A DNA stretch of 50,935 bases. Origin: Tubiluchus corallicola (lineage: Eukaryota > Animalia > Priapulida). Positions 27,447 to 36,880 of the stretch are shown in pieces (the stretch's first letter is position 1; the number at the start of each line of letters is the position of its first letter). Below the pieces are notes generated by a model. That model saw only the letters and a program-made list of their open reading frames with translations. It was not told where the DNA came from and did no database searches. The stretch covers positions 1 to 50,935 of the forward strand of contig JAQGDQ010002424.1 in NCBI GenBank assembly GCA_030141605.1, given 5' to 3'. The position numbers and the translations under genes are program-made.

Positions 27447-29588
27447 TTAAAATCTTACTGATATTCCTGGACCTATCAGTCCAAACCACTTTCGCTTTAC
27501 CAAATAATAGCCTCCTCCTAAGAATATTGGAAAGTTAAACCTTCTATTTTGCCCCATTGGATAGATACTGCCTAACACTACTACTCCTAAATCTGTGTCT
27601 TGATTGGAAGAAAAATTTAATGTATTGAAAGCTATAAACCCTGCTCCAATTTTATATGGCTTAAGTGTGTTGATTTTTTCTGGATGATAAAAACTAAATT
27701 GAGCAATAAATGCCAAGCTAATACCTCCAAATGCACCAATAACGGTGGTGTCTTGTGTTGTGCCATCGTCTAAAGTTTTCTCTCCTCTATGTACAGTTAA
27801 AAGTCCTGCCGGAAAAGACATTTCTATGTCAAATTTCCAGTCGCGCTGTAACATAATATCAATGGTCTTTATTTCACCTTGCTCTCCATACTTATCCCTA
27901 TCATTTTCTATGGTTAGTTGAACAATAGACCATTCATCTAGCGAAAAGGTTTTTCTGCTCAATACACTGTTTAAGTTTATCACACCTTGCTGGCATTTTT
28001 GATCTTGATAAAATAAACCGCGAGGAGAGCTATGACTGGGACAAACAGAAATGTTTCTAAGGGTTTTGATATCAAGTAGGTTGTTTTTATCATCTAATAG
28101 TTTGGCAGTAATTGTAATGTATTGTTTCCCATATAAATTATTGCCAATATCTATTTTGTTTCTATCAAAAGAGATGTATAAATCTGAAATTGTTCCATTA
28201 TATAAGACAGTGGGTTTAAGACTTGAGGCTCTTTTGTTTCCCGATCCATAATTTAAGTATATATAGTCAAATTTTTTAGGTCGTTGATACTCCAATACAT
28301 CCAAAGAAAATCCTGATGGCTTTTTGTTGACTAAAATACTTACTTGTTTTTTACTGATGCCTATTGGTATATTGATGATCGCATTAAAGGTTTTATCTGT
28401 CCTCTTGATAGAGTCTATATTAATAATTTTTGCTCCATCAAATGTAACACTTACATTATGCAGTGATTCTCCTTCTATTTGCACCTCTACTGTTTCGCCT
28501 GGGTATACTTTTCTACTGTTTGTCCATTCTTTGCCTGCCCGAAATATCTTAACATTATTTATTTTTGTAGGAGGAACTATATTAAAATTAGTTGCAAACT
28601 GGGCAATGTCTCCGTCCTTAATATATAAATATCCTTGCGAGCTTCTATGATAGTCGTATGTTTTTAGCCAACAAAGAATTTTGTTGCTGCTTAAATGCCT
28701 GCGCGTAAATAATTCTGCTACTAAAATTCCTCCGTTCGCCTCTTGATTCTCTATTCTATATGTCTTATTGAGTTTTAATCTGCCTACATCTTCAATTTCT
28801 ACTTCATATTGCTTTGTTGAGGGAAGTGCATTCACTATTTCATTGGTATTGAGTCGTAAAAACGCAATGCGCGGCTGTTTTACAATAAAAATTTTTGTAG
28901 GGATTTTTATGTTATTCTCTAATTTTGTGCTACTAACAGGTTGTTTTGTTTTCACTTCTATGCTTAAATACTGAACACCTATTTCCTTAGGGAAAACGTT
29001 TAAAAATGTCTGCCCTTCTTTGGAGGTCACATAATAATCAATTTCATCGCTTGAATCCCATATTTCACCTACTCTTATATTTCCCAAATTGTTTGATGTA
29101 AGCATAAAGGATTTTTCTTCCCCAAGAAATAGGTTATTATTATCAACAAATAGCTCTACTTTCGTTTGGTGATATGGCAATAAATAAAGCACTTCTTTGA
29201 AACTACCTCTAACAGAATCGGTTTTGATGTTAAAGGTAAAGTTTAAAAATTTGCTGTTATTTAAGTCTTTAAACTTTATCTTAAATCTATATTGATTTTT
29301 TATCTTAGTTATTTCTTCAATAACATCATAATCTAATGATTGTATTAGACTTACAGATGCTATTGGTGTTGTTTTTTTTAATCTCAATATTACTTCACAC
29401 ACTTCGTCAGTGGTGCTATATTCAAACTTTAAATTTGTATTGCCTTGAAGTGTTATGGTGTCGTTGCTATATGAATAGGTGCCTTGGGAGGTGCTTAATT
29501 CCAACTCATCTATAAAATAATTTTGTGAAAATGATGTTGTGGTTATTAGGCACAAAATTAAGAGTATAGCTATTCTGTTTTTATTCAT
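27447..29588 (-). CDS. Exported beta-rich hypothetical protein with probable C-terminal outer-membrane beta-barrel
   Basis: Signal peptide; amphipathic Gly/aromatic strands in last ~130 aa; ends GPGISVRF. Confidence 0.7.
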   Translation of the reverse strand: MNKNRIAILLILCLITTTSFSQNYFIDELELSTSQGTYSYSNDTITLQGNTNLKFEYSTTDEVCEVILRLKKTTPIASVSLIQSLDYDVIEEITKIKNQYRFKIKFKDLNNSKFLNFTFNIKTDSVRGSFKEVLYLLPYHQTKVELFVDNNNLFLGEEKSFMLTSNNLGNIRVGEIWDSSDEIDYYVTSKEGQTFLNVFPKEIGVQYLSIEVKTKQPVSSTKLENNIKIPTKIFIVKQPRIAFLRLNTNEIVNALPSTKQYEVEIEDVGRLKLNKTYRIENQEANGGILVAELFTRRHLSSNKILCWLKTYDYHRSSQGYLYIKDGDIAQFATNFNIVPPTKINNVKIFRAGKEWTNSRKVYPGETVEVQIEGESLHNVSVTFDGAKIINIDSIKRTDKTFNAIINIPIGISKKQVSILVNKKPSGFSLDVLEYQRPKKFDYIYLNYGSGNKRASSLKPTVLYNGTISDLYISFDRNKIDIGNNLYGKQYITITAKLLDDKNNLLDIKTLRNISVCPSHSSPRGLFYQDQKCQQGVINLNSVLSRKTFSLDEWSIVQLTIENDRDKYGEQGEIKTIDIMLQRDWKFDIEMSFPAGLLTVHRGEKTLDDGTTQDTTVIGAFGGISLAFIAQFSFYHPEKINTLKPYKIGAGFIAFNTLNFSSNQDTDLGVVVLGSIYPMGQNRRFNFPIFLGGGYYLVKRKWFGLIGPGISVRF

Positions 29589-29637
29589 TAAGAAACATTT
29601 AAGAGTCTATTAATATTACGTTGCAAAGCTATAAAAA

Positions 29638-30018
29638 TCACTCAAACAATCCTTCATCTCTTTCAAGCATAAGTATTGAGGATTGTGATACTATAAAATA
29701 TTTCTCTTCTTTATAACTTATTTCTATTGCTCCCTTTTGAAGAAAAATTGCCAAATCTCCTTCTTTTGCTTGCAATGGAATATATTTTATTTGCTCTTCC
29801 TCTTTATGCTTCCACAACTCATCGTTTTCTGTTGGCATTGGTAAGGGGTAACCAGGACCTGTTTTTATGACGTATCCATTTTGAACTTTTTCTTGCTCTT
29901 GCAACCCCACAGGCAAATATAACCCTCCTTTGGTTTTGTCCGAAGATTGCTTAACCTTTATCAGCACCCTATCTCCAATAATGATTAATTTTTTAAATTT
30001 ATCATCAAAATTTTCCAT
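29638..30018 (-). CDS. GroES-family co-chaperonin paralogue (no adjacent groEL)
   Basis: GDRVLIK, KTKGGLYLP, G.VIKTGPG, KEGD, Y..EKYFIV. Confidence 0.85.
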   Translation of the reverse strand: MENFDDKFKKLIIIGDRVLIKVKQSSDKTKGGLYLPVGLQEQEKVQNGYVIKTGPGYPLPMPTENDELWKHKEEEQIKYIPLQAKEGDLAIFLQKGAIEISYKEEKYFIVSQSSILMLERDEGLFE

Positions 30019-30078
30019 AATATTTTTTTAATCGTTTCAATAAGTATCAATACATGGCAATATGCGTGCATTTCGATC

Positions 30079-31449
30079 TTATACATTGTTTTTCAACATA
30101 TCGCTATCTGTATAAACTTTGTCTGATATTTCTACCTTAATGCGTTTAATTCTTTTTTTATCTACAGCTACTGGAATAAAGATAAATTTATTGAAATAGG
30201 TTTTTTGTCCTATATTTGGCATTTTATTATGAAGCTCTAACAAAAGCCCTCCCAGTGATTCATTTTCTCCTTTTACGTCTTCAAATATTTCAAACGGCAC
30301 CTCTACTATTCTACAAAAATCTATAAGGTTTGTTTTGCCTTCAAATATATATGTGTTGTTATTAACCTGTTGATAGGTAAAGTCCTCTCCTTCGGTCTCA
30401 TCATTTATTTCTCCTATAATCTCTTCAATAATATCTTCCATTGTTATTAATCCCGAAGTTCCGCCGTATTCGTCTACTACAATGGCTAAATGTACTTTTT
30501 TTTCTTGAAATTCCTTCAATAAAATGTTTAGTTTTTTGGTTTCTGGAACGAAAAAACTCTCTCTCATCAACTTTTTCCACTCAAAATTTTCACTTTTATT
30601 TAAGTGAGGCAGTATGTCCTTAACATATAAAATTCCTTCTATTCTATCTATTGTCTCTTTGTATATTGGTATTCTGGAATAACCACATTTATTGATTTTA
30701 TCAAGCAGCTCATAGAAGCTTATTTCAACGTCAAAGGCAGTTATATCTACCCTTGAACGCATTGTTTGCTTTGCGTTAAGTTGTCCAAAATGCACAATGC
30801 TATTTAGCATCTCTTTTTCTTTTTCTGATGATTCATTTAGTGTAGCTATTTCTACAGCGTGTTTTAGTTTTTCAACTGATATATTATTATACTCGCTATT
30901 TTTTGATTTGATTTTATTCTCTATTAACATATTAATAGAAGAAAAAAACCACGTTATGGGCTTAAATAGCTTAAAAAAAACAGAAATAAGCCGCACACTT
31001 AAATAGGCAAAAAATTTGTTTTTTTGATTGGCATATGTTTTAGGGGTTATTTCTCCAAAAAATAGTATCAAAAACGTAACTATAACACTTAAAAAAGCAA
31101 AAGCTATAACTTGTATTTCAGGATAATCCTCCACTATTTTCCATGTAACAGTAGTTGCAAGGGTAATGATAGTTACATTTATAAGGTTGTTTAGAATTAA
31201 AATTGTGGATAAGAGTTTATTAGGCTTTTCTAAAAGTTTTAAAACTTGTTGTCCCCTGTCTTTGTCTTTTTTTATTTCTACAATGTCTTTTGGGGTAAAA
31301 GAGAAAAAGGCAACTTCTGCTCCCGATATTAGTGCTGAAACGAACAATAAGCCCAATATAATAACACTACTTAATATATAAAACACTAAGTTTGAGTTGA
31401 TAAATATCAATAGTATAAGATGTAATAGCAAACTGGGATATATGTCCAA
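30079..31449 (-). CDS. gldE: Gliding motility-associated GldE (CNNM/DUF21-CBS-CorC hemolysin family)
   Basis: SALISGAEVAFFS, LLSTILILNNLIN, FGEITPK, GYSRIPIY, VVDEYGGTSGLITMED, ESLGGL. Confidence 0.85.
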   Translation of the reverse strand: MDIYPSLLLHLILLIFINSNLVFYILSSVIILGLLFVSALISGAEVAFFSFTPKDIVEIKKDKDRGQQVLKLLEKPNKLLSTILILNNLINVTIITLATTVTWKIVEDYPEIQVIAFAFLSVIVTFLILFFGEITPKTYANQKNKFFAYLSVRLISVFFKLFKPITWFFSSINMLIENKIKSKNSEYNNISVEKLKHAVEIATLNESSEKEKEMLNSIVHFGQLNAKQTMRSRVDITAFDVEISFYELLDKINKCGYSRIPIYKETIDRIEGILYVKDILPHLNKSENFEWKKLMRESFFVPETKKLNILLKEFQEKKVHLAIVVDEYGGTSGLITMEDIIEEIIGEINDETEGEDFTYQQVNNNTYIFEGKTNLIDFCRIVEVPFEIFEDVKGENESLGGLLLELHNKMPNIGQKTYFNKFIFIPVAVDKKRIKRIKVEISDKVYTDSDMLKNNV

Positions 31450-31546
31450 AAATACTAAATTTTAGTTAGCAATTTTTTTGTCTTATAAAACAAATACAAA
31501 TTTACTCTTTTAATCACTAAAAATATAAATTTATGTTAAAATATTT

Positions 31547-32998
31547 TTAAAAATAGTATGTATAATAACCTTGTTGTCCATATTTGTTTATTCCTTCAAT
31601 GGTAACCCTTCCTCGCAGTTTAATAAGAATGTCTGCAAGTGTTTTGGCATCTTTAATAGGTATACTGTTGATGTGTGTAATAATAAACTCTTCTTTCAGG
31701 CCTAATTGTTGTATAAATCCCTTGCTTATTTTCACTATTTTTACGCCATGAGATATTTTATATAAGTCTTGTTCTACCTTTGAAACTTTTTCAAAGTCAG
31801 CCCCCAATGACTCTGAACGATAAACTTGTTTTTTTATTATTTTGGTTGTTCCTTCTCTATTAGTTAACGTAAGCGAAGTAGTTTTGATGCTGTTTTTTCG
31901 CTTATAAACAACATTAATTACATCGCCAGGAGAATAATAGCTTAGCACTTCTTCAAACATGCTTCTGCTATTTATATCCATATTGTTGATTTTTAAGATT
32001 CTATCTCCTTCTTTCAATTTGGCTTTTTGCGCAGCCCCCTGTTCTTGAATATTATCTATCATTACTCCTTTCATATCTTTAATTTCCAACTCTTTCATCA
32101 TCTGTTCATCAAGCTCTACTACTGTGCCTCCAAAAAACGCTTTTTGCACTTCGCCATGTTTAATAATATCATTAACCACTTTCACAACAATATCTGATGG
32201 GACGGCAAACCCATAACCCGTATAAGATCCTGTGCGAGAAAGTATAGCCGTATTTATACCTATCAACTCTCCCTTTAGGTTTACCAAAGCTCCTCCACTG
32301 TTTCCAGCATTTATAGGAGCATCCGTCTGTATGAATGACTCTATAGGAAAAGTGCTTTTTATAATATTCAAGTCTCTACCTTTGGCGCTTACAATCCCCG
32401 CCGTAACTGTAGATGTTAAGTTGAAAGGGTTGCCAACTGCCAATACCCACTCTCCTACTTCTACATTTCGTGATTTTCCAATAGTGATGGCTGGTAATTT
32501 TGATGCTTCTATTTTCAAAATTGCTAAATCGGTAGACGGGTCACTTCCCACTATCTTGGCACTATATGTTTTTTTATTTATCATTACTTGAATTTCTGTA
32601 GCATTCTCTATTACATGTTTGTTAGTAATAATATACCCGCTACTTTTATATATAACTCCAGAACCACTACTGATACTTTGCCCTGTTGTTCCATTGCCCA
32701 AAAACCATTCAAACCATGAACTAGAGTATCTTGTTTCCAAAACAGTTTTTATATATACCACACTTGGCAAACTCCTTTTAGATGCCTCTACAAAATCTTT
32801 ACTCAAAACAGTGTTGGAGCTTGACTGTTCACTGTTGTTAACAAAATGATCAAAAGAGTTATGGGATGTTTGTTGGGCAACATAAGTGTTTTCTTGACTT
32901 AATCTGCTATTATCGCTTAATAAAAACTTAAAAGAAACAACAGTGCCAATTGTTCCTGCAACGAACCCTACAAAAATAGTTACTATTATGTTTTTCAT
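31547..32998 (-). CDS. DegP/HtrA family serine protease with PDZ domain(s)
   Basis: GSGVI, ITNKHV, DLA, IQTDAPINAGNSGGAL catalytic triad motifs. Confidence 0.93.
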   Translation of the reverse strand: MKNIIVTIFVGFVAGTIGTVVSFKFLLSDNSRLSQENTYVAQQTSHNSFDHFVNNSEQSSSNTVLSKDFVEASKRSLPSVVYIKTVLETRYSSSWFEWFLGNGTTGQSISSGSGVIYKSSGYIITNKHVIENATEIQVMINKKTYSAKIVGSDPSTDLAILKIEASKLPAITIGKSRNVEVGEWVLAVGNPFNLTSTVTAGIVSAKGRDLNIIKSTFPIESFIQTDAPINAGNSGGALVNLKGELIGINTAILSRTGSYTGYGFAVPSDIVVKVVNDIIKHGEVQKAFFGGTVVELDEQMMKELEIKDMKGVMIDNIQEQGAAQKAKLKEGDRILKINNMDINSRSMFEEVLSYYSPGDVINVVYKRKNSIKTTSLTLTNREGTTKIIKKQVYRSESLGADFEKVSKVEQDLYKISHGVKIVKISKGFIQQLGLKEEFIITHINSIPIKDAKTLADILIKLRGRVTIEGINKYGQQGYYTYYF

Positions 32999-33016
32999 AT
33001 TAGTTCAAGTATTTTA

Positions 33017-34084
33017 TTAGAAGTCTATATCAAATTTTACTGCAAGTTGTTTCAAATCTTTCACAACTGGTTCTAGCAATGGTATGCCATTTTTTTTGCG
33101 TTCTTTCTCTAACTCTCTTTCAGGCTCCCCTGGTATCAACACCTTATTTTGTTCATTGACAGATGCAGATCCTTTAAACTTTTCAATCCATTTATCCATA
33201 TTGTTTTTAAAATCATTCAATTGCCTAAAAGCATCAACGCGAATAGCTCCAAAAAAATGCCCTATGCCTTTGCCTGGCAAATTGTCAAGTGGGTTTAAAA
33301 AGCTAACAAATGGAGGCACCCAAGGACCATAATTTGCCCCTGACAATACTCCTGAAAAAATATCTACCATGGCTCCTAAACAGTAGCCTTTATGGCTACT
33401 TCGCTCTCTATCACTTCCCAATGGCAACAATGCGCCACCCGATTTCAATTCTTCTGGACTATTAGATGCATTTCCTTGCTTATCTTGTATCCAACCAATA
33501 GGGGCTAATTTTTTTTGTCTTTGTAAAATTTCTAACTTTCCATTGGATGCTGTGGTGGTAGAAAAGTCTGCAACAAAAGGAGGGTATTTGCCAGCAGGAA
33601 TAGCAACACAAATAGGGTTGGTTCCCAAAAGCCTTTCAGTAGAAAAAGTAGGTGCAACTAATGGGCTAGCATTTGTCATGCTAATGCCTATCATGTTTTC
33701 TTTTGCCGCCAACATAGAGTAATAGCCTGCTATGCCAAAATGGTTGGAATTGCTTACTGCCACCCAACTTGAGCCTACCTGCTTAGCTTTTTCTATTGCT
33801 ATTTTCATGGCTTGAGGGGATACTACCAACCCAAGTGCTTTATCTCCATTTAGTGTAGCGGTGCTAGGTGTTTGATGTGTCATTGCAATATTTGGCTTTG
33901 TATTTATCCGTCCCTTTTCCCAAAGAGCAACGTAGCCTGACAAGCGAGCTACCCCATGAGAGTCTACTCCTCTTAAGTCTGCAGCACATAAAACAGATGA
34001 TGCCTGCTCTGCATCTTTGTCAGAACAACCCATACATACAAACACCTGTTTAGTAAATTGCGTTAACTTTTCGAATGAAAACAT
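33017..34084 (-). CDS. Ldh_2 (type-2 malate/L-lactate dehydrogenase) family oxidoreductase
   Basis: ADLRGVDSHG, NSNHFGIAGYY, GTNPI, HKGYCL, IPGEPE. Confidence 0.92.
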   Translation of the reverse strand: MFSFEKLTQFTKQVFVCMGCSDKDAEQASSVLCAADLRGVDSHGVARLSGYVALWEKGRINTKPNIAMTHQTPSTATLNGDKALGLVVSPQAMKIAIEKAKQVGSSWVAVSNSNHFGIAGYYSMLAAKENMIGISMTNASPLVAPTFSTERLLGTNPICVAIPAGKYPPFVADFSTTTASNGKLEILQRQKKLAPIGWIQDKQGNASNSPEELKSGGALLPLGSDRERSSHKGYCLGAMVDIFSGVLSGANYGPWVPPFVSFLNPLDNLPGKGIGHFFGAIRVDAFRQLNDFKNNMDKWIEKFKGSASVNEQNKVLIPGEPERELEKERKKNGIPLLEPVVKDLKQLAVKFDIDF

Positions 34085-34124
34085 GTAAAAAAGAATTTTT
34101 TATTCAGAAGGTAAGAAAATTAAG

Positions 34125-34209
34125 TACCCGGGGTGGGACTTGAACCCACACCGCCTTATCAGCGACAGGATTTTAAGTCCTGCGTGTCTACCAATTCCAC
34201 CACCCGGGC
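34125..34209 (-). tRNA. tRNA-Leu(TAA)
   Basis: GCCCGGGTGGTGGAATTGGTAGAC...; anticodon arm CAGGA-CTTAAAA-TCCTG; long variable arm; GGTTCAAGTCC. Confidence 0.97.
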
Positions 34210-34223
34210 ACTGAAAACAACAG

Positions 34224-34245
34224 AGCGAAAGACGGGATTTGAACC

Positions 34246-34280
<35 letters not shown>

Positions 34281-34296
34281 GCTGAGCTACTTTCGC
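34224..34296 (-). tRNA. tRNA-Gly(GCC)
   Basis: GCGAAAGTAGCTCAGCTGGTAGAGC...; anticodon arm CGACC-TTGCCAA-GGTCG; GGTTCAAATCC. Confidence 0.97.
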
Positions 34297-34306
34297 AGTA
34301 GTGTTG

Positions 34307-34314
34307 CAAAGATA
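34307..34314 (-). promoter_or_regulatory. -7 promoter element of the tRNA-Gly/tRNA-Leu operon
   Basis: TATCTTTG(CA) 10 nt upstream of tRNA-Gly. Confidence 0.75.
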
Positions 34315-34438
34315 ATATATTTTTTTCACTCACAATGATTTTTTATAATTTTTTGTAATTTTCTGCAACATAAATAGATCATTGTTTGTCATATTGATAA
34401 ATTTTTATTATTATAGATAATAAATTCAAAATAAAATT

Positions 34439-34767
34439 ATGATAGATACAATAATATCTCTAACCCCTATAGTAGCTGCGCTACTTATCTTTTGTGCCCG
34501 TTGTTCTTACGCAATAGGTATAAGAAACGAATGTTGATGATAGAAAAAGGCTATCTACCCAAATCTTTATCATCTCATAATAAAATAAAATACGAAAGAA
34601 TTTTCTTGTTTTCAGGAATAGTTCTATTTGTACTCATGATGGTTTTTGTGCAGGATAATATATCTGGTATATTTGCACTCTTAGGAGGTACATTAAACTA
34701 TATCGCAATCGAACACACTACACATAAGTACCTACGACAATGCGGGGTTTGTTGTTTATGTCGTTGA
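34439..34767 (+). CDS. Small membrane protein (DUF6249-like), apparent frameshift near 34490-34493
   Basis: ATG 34439 MIDTIISLTPIVAALLIF joins in another frame to PLFLRNRYKKRMLMIEKG followed by two hydrophobic segments. Confidence 0.5.
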
Positions 34768-35587
34768 TGATTTTGACGTTTTTTAGGCCTTTTTTTTCAA
34801 AAAGCTGCTTTACTTCTCCTCCAAATTGCTCATTAATCTCCACATACAATTTTCCATTTAAATTTAAGCTGTGGCAAGCAGATAAAGATATTTTTTTATA
34901 AAACAATAATGGGTTTTCATCATCTACAAAAAGCGCCTTATGCGGTTCAAAGTTTAATACATTTTTTTTCATATATTTCTTTTCACGGAGGGTAACATAA
35001 GGGGGATTACTCACAATTATATCATACTTTTTAACTTTTCGTTTTGTCGTTGATAAAATGTTTTCTAGTCTAAAACTCACATCTGCTTCTAACTTTTTTC
35101 CATTAAATTTTGCCACTTCAATAGCATTGGGACATATATCTACAGCGTCTACGTTAACCTGTAGTAAATCAAGAGCCAATGTTATTGCGATACACCCGCT
35201 TCCTGTGCCAATATCTAATATATTTAGATTTTTCTTTTTGTTGTTTTGCTGTATAATACAATTAACCAACTCTTCTGTTTCTGGACGAGGAATAAGCACA
35301 TGGGGATTTACAAAAAAATATCTTTCCATAAAATATGTTTTTTTAATAATATATTGTATTGGCTCATATTGCTGTAAGCGCTCAATATAGCTTTCTAAAC
35401 TGCTTATATTATTTTTGTTCCAAGATATGTGCTTGCCTAACACTATATCAGAAAAATCCAGCTTAAATATCTCTTCTATCATTATGCGTGACAAAGAAAA
35501 TGCCTCTTCTTGAGGATAATTTTTTAGCAATAGATGGCCTAAAAAATTGTATAAATCTTTTATATTTGATATGTTTTTAAAGTTCAC
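34718..35587 (-). CDS. prmC: Release factor glutamine methyltransferase
   Basis: EPIQYI, VLIPRPETEEL, LDIGTGSGCIA, SNPPY, EPHKALF. Confidence 0.96.
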   Translation of the reverse strand: MNFKNISNIKDLYNFLGHLLLKNYPQEEAFSLSRIMIEEIFKLDFSDIVLGKHISWNKNNISSLESYIERLQQYEPIQYIIKKTYFMERYFFVNPHVLIPRPETEELVNCIIQQNNKKKNLNILDIGTGSGCIAITLALDLLQVNVDAVDICPNAIEVAKFNGKKLEADVSFRLENILSTTKRKVKKYDIIVSNPPYVTLREKKYMKKNVLNFEPHKALFVDDENPLLFYKKISLSACHSLNLNGKLYVEINEQFGGEVKQLFEKKGLKNVKIINDINNKPRIVVGTYV

Positions 35588-35645
35588 AATAGCATTTTAT
35601 AATTTATTAGAACAAAATAAAGCAACAAAGATAAAAATTAACACC

Positions 35646-36698
35646 TTGAAATCAAAGGAGCTATACATGCAAAGGGCTTTGGATTTGGCAGCACTATCCA
35701 CAAACAGTGTTAGCCCCAATCCAATGGTAGGGTGTGTAATTGTGCACAATGGAGAGATTATTGGAGAAGGATATCATGAAAAATATGGAGAAAACCATGC
35801 CGAAATAAATGCTATTGACAACGTGAGTGACAAAAAATGGCTATCAAAATCAGATGTATATGTGACATTAGAGCCTTGTAACCACTATGGTAAAACCCCT
35901 CCTTGTGTAGAACAGCTAATCAAGCACAGAGTAAACAATGTGCACATTTGCAATATAGACACTAACCCACAAACGGCAGGGCAAAGTGTCAAAAAATTAA
36001 AAAAAGCAAAAATTAATACCACCGTAGGTACACTATCTCACAAAGGAAAAGAGCTCAACAAGCGGTTCTTTACATATCACCAAAAAAAACGCCCTTACGT
36101 AATATTAAAATGGGCTGAAACATCCAATGGGTATATCGCAAAAGAAGATTTTAGCTCAAAATGGATTTCAAATAAAACAGCAAGAATATATGTTCATAAA
36201 TGGCGCTCTGAAGAAGACGCTATTTTAGTGGGAAAAAACACAGTGAAATACGACAACCCACAATTAACAACAAGAAACTGGGAGGGGAAAAATCCATTGC
36301 GAGTAGTATTAGATAGGCACTTGACATTAAATCATAATAAAGCAATATTTACAGATGGCTTTCCTACTATTTGTTATAATATTGTCCAAGAAAAACAAGT
36401 TGAAAGTGTACGTTTTATAAAGCTAAAAAAGACAAATTTCATACAACAAGTATTACAAAATCTTTGGGAACAAAACATTTTGTCAATCATTGTTGAAGGT
36501 GGAACAAAGACAATAAATACCTTTGCAACAGAACAATTATGGGACGAAGCGAGAGTGTTTAAAAACTCCAAAGTATTTTTATCTGGGATTGAAGCCCCAA
36601 AGCTCAACAATAAGCAACTAATGAAAAGGGAACCCATATTAGACAACGAGTTGTTTGTTTTTTATAACAATCAAAATATTGCATTACCCGTTGTATGA
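35646..36698 (+). CDS. ribD: Bifunctional riboflavin deaminase/reductase
   Basis: PNPMVGCV, HAE, TLEPCNHYGKTPPC, LKWA, VEGG; start likely TTG 35646 or ATG 35667. Confidence 0.95.
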   Translation: MKSKELYMQRALDLAALSTNSVSPNPMVGCVIVHNGEIIGEGYHEKYGENHAEINAIDNVSDKKWLSKSDVYVTLEPCNHYGKTPPCVEQLIKHRVNNVHICNIDTNPQTAGQSVKKLKKAKINTTVGTLSHKGKELNKRFFTYHQKKRPYVILKWAETSNGYIAKEDFSSKWISNKTARIYVHKWRSEEDAILVGKNTVKYDNPQLTTRNWEGKNPLRVVLDRHLTLNHNKAIFTDGFPTICYNIVQEKQVESVRFIKLKKTNFIQQVLQNLWEQNILSIIVEGGTKTINTFATEQLWDEARVFKNSKVFLSGIEAPKLNNKQLMKREPILDNELFVFYNNQNIALPVV

Positions 36699-36791
36699 AA
36701 TTGGATCATCCACCACCAACCAAAGTTTTGATTTTTTGGGTTTTACTGCTATATTTATCCTCATAGCAAACTAAATTTAAACAAATTATTT

Positions 36792-36823
36792 TTTGCTCTT
36801 TTATTCCTTAAATGCTACCTTTG
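36792..36823 (+). promoter_or_regulatory. Bacteroidota promoter of thrS
   Basis: TTTG 36792-36795, 20-nt spacer, TACCTTTG 36816-36823. Confidence 0.75.
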
Positions 36824-36880
36824 ACACATTCAATAGAATGAGATCTCTTAACTCTAAATTAATAACAACGCTTAACAATA

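Noticed and set aside
34100-34333. 77-aa ORF in the track
   Set aside because: It is a translation of tRNA-Gly and tRNA-Leu
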